This document shows, piece by piece, positions 1 to 12,190 of a DNA stretch of 64,000 nucleotides (positions are counted from its first letter, which is position 1; each line of letters starts with the position of its first letter). Location of the stretch: assembly GCA_023515725.1 (NCBI GenBank), contig JALDTO010000207.1, positions 83,572 through 147,571 of the forward strand, written 5' to 3'. A program made the translations under genes and the position numbers. The notes beneath the pieces were generated by a model. It saw nothing but the letters and a program-made list of their open reading frames with translations, had not been told where the DNA came from and searched no databases. The stretch is from Amoeboaphelidium protococcarum X5. Lineage: Eukaryota > Fungi > Aphelidiomycota.

Positions 1-105
1 TCCTGGACTTTTAGAGGAAATTTCCTTGTTTCAACTTTGTTACAATCATCGTTATTGTATTCTAGATTCACGAGTTTAGCAGTTCAGATCTCTAAAGTAT
101 AAGGG

Positions 106-1431
106 ATGAATCTGAATAAAATGTTAGAGCGACTGGTGGGAGATGAGATTGTGAACAAGAGGGCCAAGAGTTACTTGGGCTATGAGCAGAAGATGGAGAG
201 TAGAGATTGTGATAACTATGGTGTATATGCTGCCAAGTTAATAGACTTTGTCAGTGACTGGTTAAATGATAAAAGTAATTAATAACCACAGCCATTTGAC
301 AATGAGCTTTAACAAGATTAATTTTGGAAAGATCTTATACGGCGATATCTTGTACTTAACTCTAGATAGTTATCAACATCATCAGCATTATCTGATTAGG
401 ACGCGGATACTATCAAAACTGATCCTGTCGATTAATAATCTTTTGATGACTTGTTCTTCTTTGTGCTTGATGATTATTCCAAGTCTACCGGTACTGATAA
501 TAGCAATGGTGAATCTGGAGGATATTAATCCACTAATGTAATAGTGCGCAGAAATGATGCGGATACTTCGCTTGAAGTTCATGTTGCGCATATACTACCT
601 AGTGCAGAGATTAGGTGGAAAGATACGCTGCTCCTCAATTTAATTTGTCATTTACAGTATTAAATTGTAGTCTCAAAGTGCACAAAGAATCTGAATATTT
701 AGCGCAGTGAGCGATAATAGAAATTAAAGATTTCAAGTACCACTTTGATACCTATAGAGTAATCGGTGAAGAATCTTTACGCGTCACCATATAAAATGAC
801 TGTAATGGATGCTGGCAGGTAGCACAATAAGTCGTCTTCATTAAGTAGCCATAAGTTGACCTATCCTATTTGCTACTTTACATTGAGCGATTATGATTCT
901 GCAAGTTATAGTGAGGATTCTGATGGCAGTGCAAGTGGACATATAATTCTGAAAGATAGTTTGCATGAACGAGACTTGGAGTATTTGACAGTAGAATTGA
1001 TCCTCAAGATTCCACGATTGAATTCCGGCGGTGGCGATAAATCAACGGATATGACTCTATTCCAAGGTGCCGTGTCTTACTATGCCCTTCGAGAAGCCTT
1101 TTAGACTAAGCGGAGATAATCTGTGTAATTCGACCCTCTTCAGAATTTAAAAAATGTTTTCAGTTCCATAAACAGATAATTTAAAGGCTAGTAGTAGTCA
1201 TCTGATATATAGAATCAAGACGATGTTCATCAAGATTAGTAATTCATATTGATGCGCGGACCCAATGGGAAAGGCTTTGCTTAAGTGGCTCTATCAGAGA
1301 TTGTCTATGAAGATTAACAGGTTGGATCTTCCTAAATTTAGAGTATCTAAAAGGGATTAAAATGCGACATGGTGTACATATCTCTGCCTCAAAGCAGTAT
1401 CATATCTGACATTTTGAATGCAGTAATTTGA
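106..1431 (+). CDS. KIAA0930/DUF2045-family protein (441 aa, table 6)
   Basis: Open ATG106-TGA1431 with UAR=Gln. Motifs DDLFFFV, LYASPYK, TYPICYFTLSDYD, LFQGAVSY, FILMRGPNGKGFAQVA and LKCDMVYISLP match my recollection of DUF2045. Confidence 0.75.
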
Positions 1432-1508
1432 TATTACATCATGATATTTTACACTTTAATATATGCCATTTCATATTACACAGACTGACTGACTTTACTT
1501 GATTCTAA

Positions 1509-2579
1509 TCATTCCTGGTCCAGTACTGTGATCAGGCTAGCCTTGTATTATTTTAATGATTAGATTAACCAAGGAAGTCGTGGTAAGCGAGACTTTTTTA
1601 TCACCGCAGGATGTTCAATTAATGAAGACTTGAGAACTAAAGCCTAGTCAGACTCCTTTAGTGTCGCATCATCCACCTTTTTATCATCTAACGCGTGTTC
1701 TGTTACATTGACTTCATTATTAGAGTGACTTTATTGGTCCAATTCCATAAGTGAAGCAGTCTTGAATTTAATGCTGCGAGTATGCTGCAAAGTGCCTTGA
1801 TTGATTTACTCACTACTCAAGTTCAGTCCATCTTACTTTTGCTCTCGCATGATGTGCTGTATTACACGTTTATATGTAGTCTCTAGTCGCGGTTCGCAAG
1901 TGTTATATGCATCAATGAGGTTCTAGTCCATAGTGTTAACTATCACCTTGAAATCATCCAAAGTGATAATAGATTAAATATGCTTCAACGCAGCCATAAA
2001 ATGGTGCTAATAAATCCCGTTACTTGTTTTATCTTTGTTCTATTAACCGTGACTGATTAGCGTTAACAAAGCAGATATTAACTCATTGTATGACTGTACG
2101 CGGGATTTAGAGGATATATACCTGATGATGAAGCTGCACGTTGCAACAACCACTGCCTGATTTTCTGATTAAAGTCCGAATACTACTAGGCACTGAACAA
2201 CTGATGAGTTGACGTTAATTTTATGGAGCAACTTGATCAAAATTGACTATGTAATCAACCTAATGCGAATTCTATTATGAATTAGAGTGGTCCGTATCAA
2301 GATCTTCATCACTATCCAGAAATGTTCATTATGTTACGGATTAAAGACATGCGGACACTTTATCCCCAGAGAGTAGATGAGCATACAGGAGGAGAACACC
2401 ATCGCAGTGTCCTAGGGAGAGTCTAGACATTTACAGAGTGGCAGCCACATAGAATCCATAATTATCTATGCATCTCGCAGCTTATTTACTTTTAATAATC
2501 GCCTAACATGATCAATCCCAAGATGGACATCTTCCTACTTTGATGACTCTAAATAGCCTTTAATTGTTTCAAGATCCAT
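1509..2579 (-). CDS. Hypothetical protein (356 aa); helical HEAT-like N-terminus, C-terminal SRLP motif
   Basis: Uninterrupted ATG-TGA frame under table 6 (MDLETIKGYLESSKQEDVHLGIDHVRRLL...). No family recognised. Confidence 0.6.
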
Positions 2580-2852
2580 GGTTCATTACAAAAGAGCGTA
2601 TCCAAGGTGAGTTGATACATCCTCTTTATCGTCACCACTGATTGCAACGGAGTCGTTTGCTCAACAGCTTTAATATACGCAAAGTTTAGTTTATCGATAA
2701 CGTGTGAAGGCCTCAATTGCTTTAAAGTATTGAAGCCATGGACTTGATACGATCACATTAGAAATACAATGTCAATGACACGAAATACGAACAAAAGAGA
2801 CACTTTGTGGCAATAAATATTCATCTCTTATAATCAATAGTATTATACGACA

Positions 2853-4712
2853 TCATTCGTCATCATCATTTACAGCACTGTTAGCATCAGAAAGAGGTTC
2901 TGTGCCATCAAATTGTCTCAAAATCAGAGCCTCCTTTTTAAAGTTGTTCTCTGTCGACAATCTGCGAGACTAGCGCCGTTTCACACGATCAGCCAACGAG
3001 AAGTCCGCACCATCGACTGGCACCTGAGCAACTACTGGTCTTTAAATCTAAGCTATCAGTGCATCCACATCTACGTAATTCTGGTCATCATTAACAAAGT
3101 CCTTGTGCTTGATTGACGCGCAGTGTTCCACCAGGTCGGCGAATTTCTCCTGACACACCTCACAAAATCCAGGTTTCTATTCAGCAGCATCAGCGTCAGA
3201 CTTTTTTTTGCGCACAGACATGTTGGCGTCCCTCATCTACACCATTTTTTGATATTTCTACTTTGAAGCTTACTCCAACTCCTCCAGTCGAATAATACGC
3301 CCTTCTTCCGTGAGTTAATGGAGCACCTTCGGTGGTTTCCAACTGAATAAACCGTATGGATCTTTCATATTACCTGGCTTTTAATTCAGTCTCTTCAGCT
3401 TCATGGCCTCTTTCGATAACACTGGCCCCTTTTCTTCCTCGTCATCATTCTCTGGCATGAGCAGATCGGAACTCTCAGGTGGATAAAATGGGCAATCACC
3501 AGGCACACTGTCAAAGTTGAGATAAGGCAATGTGTACTCATTGGGAAGTAATTCTTGTCCCATTTTCAACTTCTTCTTACATTCGTGGGATGGTACAAAT
3601 TCTTTAAACACTGGCCGGTAACAATTGCCTCTATCTAAGACTAACATGTATGGGAACTTGAATTCATGAAACTGCGACTATTTAGGATCTTTATACCAGT
3701 ATTCCTATAAAAGACGTTTATTTTCCAATTGCTAGTAGTCAGGCGCTCCAAAATACTTCTTCAATGCAGTAAGGACCTGATCAACATGTATGACTCGTAT
3801 GCCAGATTCTCGAGCTTCACGTATCACAGATTCGCGGTCAACCTCAATCGATGCCGACGAGTTTACAGTTATGACAGACTGAGTGCCTGGGTGCTGAGAG
3901 TATATGGAAGCGGCAAGTTTCGGTGCAGCTGACAGCACTGATGCATTATCGACAAAATTACTATTATTGTGATGACGTCTCACCGGAGGATTCGGGCCGC
4001 TTTGAGAAAAGTGCTTCTACTACTGAGCCTTACTTTCATTAGCGGACGGATGACAGGATACCAATATAGAGACTGAAGAGTCAAAGGTGGTTGAGTACTT
4101 GCATACTTCATTATCTTGCATAAAGGACTGAATGAAAGCCAGCTTGTGCCTATCCTTGACATCCAGCATGAACACATTCTCACGGAAGTACCTGATATAG
4201 TTTTTCTATTTCATGCAAAACTACTCTTCCTGAAGCTACTTTGCAGACTTCTGCTCCTGATCCCGCTTAAGCAATTTAAAGCTTTGCTGTTACTTGGCCG
4301 CAATGTCCACTTCGAAGGTACGTTTACGCACAGCACGGGCTGGCTCTTTATCAGCACTTCTACTTTTAACCTGCTTAGTTGACACAGCAGCTGCAGATAT
4401 ATTCTCTTATTCAACAGACTCCTGAGCCACGTCAATCTTGGTGCTTACTCGCTAAAAGGATTTGGTAAAACTATATTAGGCGCCTTGTTGTACTTTTGCT
4501 GCGACAAAGGTACGCTTTCTCTCCTTCTACTATAAGGCGACTTTTTCTTACAGAGTCGATACCTTATTGCTCTCTGTTCTTCCAGGACCAGTGATAGCTT
4601 AAGTAGAATGAACATAATTACCAGTGACATTAACTTCATTGCGTTTAAGAAGACTGGCAGCATATGATGACCGCAATTTGGGTAGATTAGAGGCAGCAGG
4701 TTAGTTCTCCAT
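2853..4712 (-). CDS. DBF4: Dbf4/Dfp1 regulatory subunit of Cdc7 kinase (619 aa)
   Basis: BRCT-like motif N; motif M (YMLVLDRGNCYRPVFKEF...LPYLNF...CPF); zf-DBF KPGFCEVCQEKFADLVEHCASIKH. Joins ORF fragments 3381-3647 and 3732-3983 in one frame. Confidence 0.85.
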
Positions 4713-5029
4713 CAGCAGATACGATAATCAGATTCTAAAAGAAGTTAAAGAGTAGATCAAGACCAGATAAAAAGCACACAGAATTGAAACTGACGATAGA
4801 GGGAAATACCGTAAAACAATTAAGATAAATGTACTGGGGACTGCACAAGAGTTAAAGATACTGTAGATAACACGGTGCAGAGAGACCGAGAAATGACCAA
4901 AGTTGAAACAAAAAGAGGGCGCGCATAGCACCGCGAACTGAGAAGATCAAATGGCGACGAAACTTTATTTCGCTCATGTTTCACTTCCTTCTGTCTCGCT
5001 CGGTCTTGATCAACCAGTCTCTATCTGAT

Positions 5030-5875
5030 TCAAGGCTTCTCAAACAACTTGGCAACCTGCGACTCTAGATTGGCATCCTATTTTATTATATCGCTCACTT
5101 GCTTTACAAAGTCAGGAAATGTTGGATCCTTCAGAATTGCGTCGATTTTGGCATCAATTCTCTCTTCATTACCACACAGTTGGTCCTAAGTGCTAATCTA
5201 CGATGCAGTAGAGTTGATTTTATCATTGATTTTTTGTTACGTTGCAGCCATCGCTTCCAGAACTGATTAATCTTCAAGTGACTGTTTTGATTATATTGTT
5301 GCAACTGGTATCGAATGCTAAGTAGTATTTCCTTGGGCAATGACTAACGCATCTCCGACCGACTATGTTGATAGAGTAGTTGCAGGTGGCATCTAATGCT
5401 AAGTGTATCCATTATCAGTGGCTTGTCCAACATTCTACGATGCCAATCTTGGGACGCTCAGCATTGGAGGACTAAACGTTTGAGATGGCGCAATGTTTCT
5501 GACAGGCGCGTTCCAGAATTGAGAAGCCTAACTTTGAGTGAAACTGTCACCATTCGACGCGTCTTTGATGTTCAGAGAGCCAGGCAAGCAATTTCTCAAT
5601 AGATTACAATCTTCTGGAGTTTTGAACTTTAATTACACTTTGATGGAAGCATTTCCTTCAATATACTTTATGCCAAACGTATCGTGTTTCGTTACCAGCT
5701 TAACATTATATTTGCAAAGATTTGCCGCGTTCAACCCAAGTTCAAACACAACGCTCTGACTGTCCCTGACTACGAGCTTCGAGTCATAGTAATCAACTTC
5801 ACAATTATAACTTCTGGTGTCCCAAGCACTTGTCTTTGCATTGTAAAAGCTAATCTTTCTCAATTCAATATACAT
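5030..5875 (-). CDS. REC114: REC114/Rec7-like meiotic double-strand-break protein (281 aa)
   Basis: N-terminal beta-rich PH-like region ending VQLKFKTPEDC, a Q/S/T-rich linker, and C-terminal ILKDPTFPDFVKQVSDII resembling the REC114 L-x-D-x-x-FP-x-FV-x-x-V signature. Confidence 0.6.
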
Positions 5876-6050
5876 GACTATCTCAAGATGTATTTATTTT
5901 AGAAGTAAGTTGATCAAGTCCACAAGAAACAAAAGTGAAACGAAACGAATAAATCTTTAATCAAATGCTACTATACTTGGTCATTATCTACAGTTACGGG
6001 TCAGTTCCTAATAGCAATAGCAAATCAAGTCAATGTGACTGCATGAACTT

Positions 6051-7037
6051 TCATGGAATTAGAATAAATGAATTTGCACTCATGAGACCGACTTCAGCCT
6101 TGGCAATTGCCAAATCGGTAGGCAGCATATCAATTCGCGCCAGTTCACTGAAGTGATAATTAGTTGTTGATAGCTCGCCTACGCAATCATTCGATATATT
6201 CACATCAGAAGAGGTAGATGATGCGGGTAAGGACGCGTCACCACCAGCACTTTAGCCATTACTAAGAAGGAAATAATCGATGCAAAAGCCAGTGGCAAAA
6301 GCGAGAAGAACAGAGACGGTGAACGCGTTACCATAAGGTAGAGCTGGTTTCAGTCGTTACTCGACGCCATTCCATGCGGCAGATATGATACTCCACAAAT
6401 CCTCAGTCTCTACTTCACCATGATTGTCATTACCATCAGTGATAGCATTCAACTGACGATTAGGAAAGAAGATGCCAGATAGCCCAAATCTTGAGCCTCC
6501 AGAAGGTAGAGGAGAGTCACTGAATCTTACATCTTGATCCCCGATATGATGCGATCGCAGTTGGATACCAGATGTAGAACTTGGCTTTCTCTTTCTCCTG
6601 ACACGAGTAGACTCTTCGTTTGAACCAACCACCACGACACTTTTACCACCAATGCGACGCGACACCAATGATCCACCAGAATATCCAGCAGGGATGGTGA
6701 CTTGCGATAGAGGAATCGCTTAAAATTCAAGACTGTCATGCGATGACTCAGCATCATCAGTGCTGTACATGAAGTCACATTCACTAGATGCCGCACTACT
6801 ATTCGCAGCACTGACGCTAGACTCCTTCTTACCATATCGTTGTAGTGCATTACTTATGGACTGAGGGTCAGAATGCTCACGCGCAATAGCAGATGAAGAC
6901 GATCTGCTCTTGATTGAACGCGGGCTCCTCGGCGTGAGCGTCCGACTCCCAGTCGTTACAGACCTGACTCCCAAATCAACATCATCACTCTCCAAGTCAG
7001 TGCTCAGCATTGAATACGAGCTCATGCTACTCTTCAT
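6051..7037 (-). CDS. Ser-rich hypothetical protein with one C-proximal TM segment (328 aa)
   Basis: ORFs 6720-7037 and 6357-6668 join in frame through TAA and run to TGA6051. Hydrophobic stretch AFTVSVLLAFATGFCIDYFLL. Confidence 0.6.
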
Positions 7038-7795
7038 ATCCTTTTACTATTAAATTAGTAGTTATTCCTCACTCATTCCAACTTGATTCATATCTTCCAT
7101 TTTTACAATTGACATTCAGTGTTAGACTACACACACATACAAGATACAAAATACAATTAGTACAATTACTGTTTCAAACACGAATGAAACGCCCCTGCTG
7201 ACGGAACAATTGATGAATCAACTGTCGGTTGTTCAAGCCAGCAAGGGCCCCACAAAGAAATCTTACCTTTTCAAAGAATAGATTTAATTTAATATTGGAT
7301 AAAGTATTCTGTTGATTTATGAGTAGAATTATAACAAATTACAAAGTGTAAAAGAGATAAGAAGGTCCAAGACTTTTGCGGGTCAACTGACTGGCCAATT
7401 TTCCGATCAGTGTTACACGAGAATCCCAGTCATCTGATCAAATTCTGACAGGGATTAAAGCTGCCTGATTGGCACTTGATTAATACAGATCTGTTTATGT
7501 ATCATGCTATTGAACTTCTTATGAATGTCCGTGATGATATTTTTCGGATGGCCTTAAAAATGACCTGTTCATGATGCTATGATCTACATGGCCTGACTTA
7601 ATCAGAGACTGCCGTGTTATTCATCCCTGTTCTCAGAATTTCTCTCCCACGTTCCTTTCTTCAAAAACCGCGTCATATCCTAAAACTATCATCTACGCTT
7701 GTTTAATGTCGTATTATTAAAATTAATCTGGTGTGGTTGATGATAAAAATTAAGGAAGACAGAGATATGATGATTCTTTTTCTTCACATCACACC

Positions 7796-9280
7796 ATGAC
7801 TAGCCACATTACGTAGTAGAGTCCTTTGATGGGAGGAGGAGGAGGAGGTGTGTAGTAGAGAAGGCAAGAGTCGATTGGCTCACTGGTGACTGCTCTATTC
7901 TCTCATAAATGTGCATATAATGGTCAAGGATAAGGTGGTGCACATACGCGATCACCATTTATTTAGAATCCACGTTAGCATCTGGGGTAGCAACGCTGTC
8001 ATAATGGATATTAACTTGCCAATACTCAAGATTCTGATAGCGATGCAGATTTTGATGATTCTTCGCCGTATTACACTTCAGCTAATATTAATATCCCCAT
8101 AAAGCCACAGTAATTGTCATCATCTTGCTTCACTCGTGCCTCTTAATTTAATGCTGATAGAATTAGAAAATTATAACGGAAAAGACGCAATAGGCTCATA
8201 GCGATTGTGTGTCTACTTGTTCTACTGCTTTTGGGTACGGCGATGGCTGCTGTCGTGGTACCTAAGCCTTCGCAACATTCCAAAGATTTATATAGAGGAG
8301 AAAGAGTGCTGTATGAAGCAGATGGTAAATGGATACATTAGCTCTCTGTGGAGGGTAGAAAAGTTCAGCGTGTTCTACTATTTCGTGAACAGCCACCCAT
8401 GACTAGACGGGAGAAGTTTTCGCATGAGATGGCTGTAGATTTGAGCCTGTCACAATTGTCTTATTATAGAATTGCTGCCTATGATGGCTCTACACTCTCT
8501 TTAAAGTGGGGATTGAATATGATGTCGAATTCTATTGTCAATCTGCAGATTATTGAGGGCCAGGATGGATTTAATCGATTGCAAAAGGGCCAGTTACTAC
8601 TTGGTGATAGAGAAATGAAGATGAAATTGTTTGGAATAGAGCCATATGGCACAGTCAACTATACTTTTAGAAGTCATACTGGTAATACTAGGAAGAGAGC
8701 TGTATATTTTATTGTATTTCAGGTGAAGACTATTTCTCTCATTGTTCCATCCTCATCATAGACCTCAATTAGAGTTGGAGGGAGTGCCAAGTTGGATGTT
8801 GATCTTTTAACTTTTGACACTTCTAAACTTGAACCTGCTCAAAGTTGCGATGAAGCACCCTGTCAGTTTGTAATCGCACCCACTTAGCGGTTTCTGCTCA
8901 TCGACGGTCCTTATAAAGATTATACTGGCGCACCTGGCTATTTCTATTATGAAGAACATGCTCGTTTGTGGCCTTACTTTGCGCTCTTTGGTATTCTTTG
9001 TCTTGCCTCGCTCCTGGTGGCTTTACTTGCTTGTGCCGTTTATATTCGTAAATCCTACTCAATGTCTCCGCAGTCCGCTTAAAGTAGTATCATAAATGGT
9101 AATAACAGCGCTAATGGTCTAAAATTTTGGTCATAATATTCTCTTCGTGGTAATTAAGGCAGTTAATTTAATCGCGATGTCGATCATTTGCGTTAATCAG
9201 TGTGTAATGTCAGAAATCCATCCAATGCTCAACTCGACTCTTAATAGCCACCTGCATACAATGAATAATAACAATAATGA
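7796..9280 (+). CDS. Two-TM membrane protein with a luminal beta-rich domain (possibly APD1-4-like) and C-terminal PPAY motif (494 aa)
   Basis: Open frame ATG7796-TGA9280. TM1 LIAIVCLLVLLLLGTAMAAVVV, TM2 YFALFGILCLASLLVALLACAVYI, PPxY near the end. Confidence 0.65.
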
Positions 9281-9338
9281 AAAATGTGAATATTATCTGT
9301 GTATCATATTATTCTTTAAAAGACTTATCATTATATAT

Positions 9339-11048
9339 TCAAGCCTTGACAGTCTGCTGAGGACCGCCAGCTGACTACTTTTAATGAGAGCCATGCTTGG
9401 ACTTCCTACGACGCTTCTTACTACTTTTAGTCTGAACATCGGCCAGAGATTGAGGGGCAAAGACTTCTTGTGGAGCGAGGACACTATAATTCGATACATT
9501 GACCGGCAGAGCTTCTTCCATGTCAATAGCCGGAGTACTACTCGACAACACTCTCAACTCTATCTCGGCGGGACGCGGTACAAAGTGATGCTGAGTCAGC
9601 GAATCTAAATTGTAACACAGTTTCTGGAATAGAGACTTGATCTCCATATGTTCAGGTTTAGGATTAGATTAGCTCAACATATCTTCTTTAGCCAATCTAA
9701 TTACATCGGACTGACCATTGAGCTCTGCCGCGGCTCTAGCCTCCTGATACTCGTTCTCATACATCTGCGACAGAGACTGGGCGTTCTGATTATCATCGAT
9801 TTCCAGTCGCTCCCGCTTACGTCCATGTCTATCAGCGGCATCATACTGCGCTGATGGTGGCAATTCATACTTTCTCTCCACATCATCGAATACAGCATCT
9901 TTGATCCTCTGTTTGATCATACTCTCAATGGTTGAAGTGAAATCATCAGTGATAATGGGCACCGGCTTGGAACCATGATCAAATTCTAGCTGATGCTCAA
10001 GAAGACTATTCTCAGGTCTGCTCTTGCTAGTAGCTTCTCCCAGCATAGTCCATTCCTTCTTCTGAACATTCTGCTACTCCAATTTCTCTATCGTCCTCTT
10101 CATCTTGAGCTGCTACTTCTAGAAACGTGTCAGCTCTTACTGATCTTCATCGCCATCTTACGTGCCTCCTTCTAACAATAAATTTAGCTTTTCATCCTCA
10201 GACAAGTCTTCTTATTCTTCATCAAATAGGAATTATTGTCCATTTTCATTGCCTTATTCAACGTGTTCAAGATCTAAACCATCGTCGATATCCAAGCTAT
10301 CCTAAATCTGATTACTCTAACTACCATCTTACTTACGCGAAGGAGGTGCAAAGAAGTCTGCATACATCAAATTTGACGCGTCCAAATCCTCTTCATCCTC
10401 CTCCTCTTCTTCATCTTCATCAAATTATAATCCCTCTACTTCTTCTTAATCAGTAAAGTCCTCTTCATTGGAGGCCATATCATCCTCGACTACTTCTTAA
10501 TCAATATCACCATCAGGCGCGTCGGATAAACTCAACTGATCCTGATTATCACTATAATCATCTAAACTATGATCAATCAATTCTGTATCACTCTATTATG
10601 CATTTTAATCTTCAAGCATCTCATCAGAGGCATCGGAATCAAATGGGACAACGACATCACCTTGTGCTGCTGAATAACGAGAATATGAACCCGCAGCATC
10701 AGAGTCGCCATCATCCCCATCTGGCATATAAGCGAGAATTTTCTCCACATACGCATTTCGCCCCATATCAATCTGCTGCCATAGCTAATTCAAATCCATA
10801 TCTTCCACCACAAGCGATTAAAACGTGTCAAAGAGATCCAGATTATCGTTTTCATCATCAAGGCAATGGAGATCGGTGAACATTTTCTGCATAAACTGAA
10901 GCAAGTCACTCTTTGAATTCTCCGAAGACTATAGCTAGCTGTCTTTGTCATTACATTTTTGCAATAAGTGTCTGTAATACGCAGTATCAAAGTATTACGG
11001 TGACTATTGCATGCAAGCGACTACTTTATCCATCAGCGTTTTCACCAT
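9339..11048 (-). CDS. MPP10: U3 snoRNP protein Mpp10 (569 aa)
   Basis: MLGEATSKSRPENSLLE, PVPIITDDFTSTIESMIKQRIKDAVFDDV, LDSLTQHHFVPRP, AIDMEEALPV and LAPQEVF motifs. Confidence 0.92.
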
Positions 11049-11212
11049 TTTTCACTCGTCAATTTTTATTCAAAACGTCTTCGCCCTTAAAGAGAAAAGC
11101 CTGACAGATCGAGACTTCCTTTTGCATTTCTCTCTATAGTGAAGCAAGTATTTATCCGACTTCAGCATTGTGGACTCGTTAATATAATTTTTATTAAAAA
11201 TCTTATAACATA

Positions 11213-12124
11213 ATGCAATCAGTGGTGGCTAAGCGATTTATAAAGTATTCCAAGGTGGGTGAAGTGGTGTCGAAGCCTGATAGTATCAAGTGGTAAAAGA
11301 TGTACCATCCGATTCTGGGCGAGTACGATTCCGAAATCATCTAGCAGAAGAGCAGTGGATTTATTATGTCTGACTCTAATAGTAATAATAAGATAAATGA
11401 CGCGTATATGGATGCGCTATAAAGTCACCCGCGTCTCGCTGGTTAGTAGTCGCTCGGTCAAGAGTAGTAGCAAATGTAGCTGATGCAGATGCTTAGAAAT
11501 AATCCTCCTGGTGTTAGCGACCATTTGAAAGAATCAATTAGTAAGCTTCGCTTGGGCCAGGTGATATATCTTAGAAGAAGAACTTAGTTGGATGGTCCTG
11601 TTGAAGATCGCCAATTATTGTCTGTATTTGGTCTGATCATTCAATTGAATTTGCCAATCGATCTATTGAAGAGGGAACGCCCATCGCTGGACACTTCTTC
11701 CATCTATAGACGCGATAAACTGGAAGCTAACCCATTTGTACGCGTTCGCGGTGTGATATCGAACGTTGGCGTAGAGTACAAGATCCCGCTGTACAGTCCT
11801 CTACTACACGATATCCACATTTTGAAAGAGTCTCCATTAATCAATGATGATACTTCTTCCAATGACAATAAACTTTTACTCAGCGTGACTGGCGGTCTTA
11901 ATCTATTTGGTGTTCGTGGTGATGGTGTCACATACAAGCGATCTCTGGTTGACGCTGAGCTGAGTGGAGAGAATGACCAGCAGACTCCGGACTGCGTGGA
12001 GAGGTTGTCAAAGTACATCAATATAAACGTTCTCAGTGACAAGGGAAGAATGGCTATGATCAGGCAGTTGAATGCGGCTATTAGAAATGGGGATTAATTG
12101 GATGCAATCAAGGCATAGATTTGA
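11213..12124 (+). CDS. Probable mitochondrial ribosomal protein bL19m (Img1-like, 303 aa)
   Basis: Basic presequence-like N-terminus (MQSVVAKRFIKYSK). VRGVISNVGVEYKIPLYSPLLHDIHIL resembles the L19 GVE-x-x-x-x-LYSP motif. Confidence 0.55.
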
Positions 12125-12190
12125 ATTTAATAAGAATTAAAGATTACATTATACACTTTGAAGTCTCACTCTCATATTAACATTTCATCA

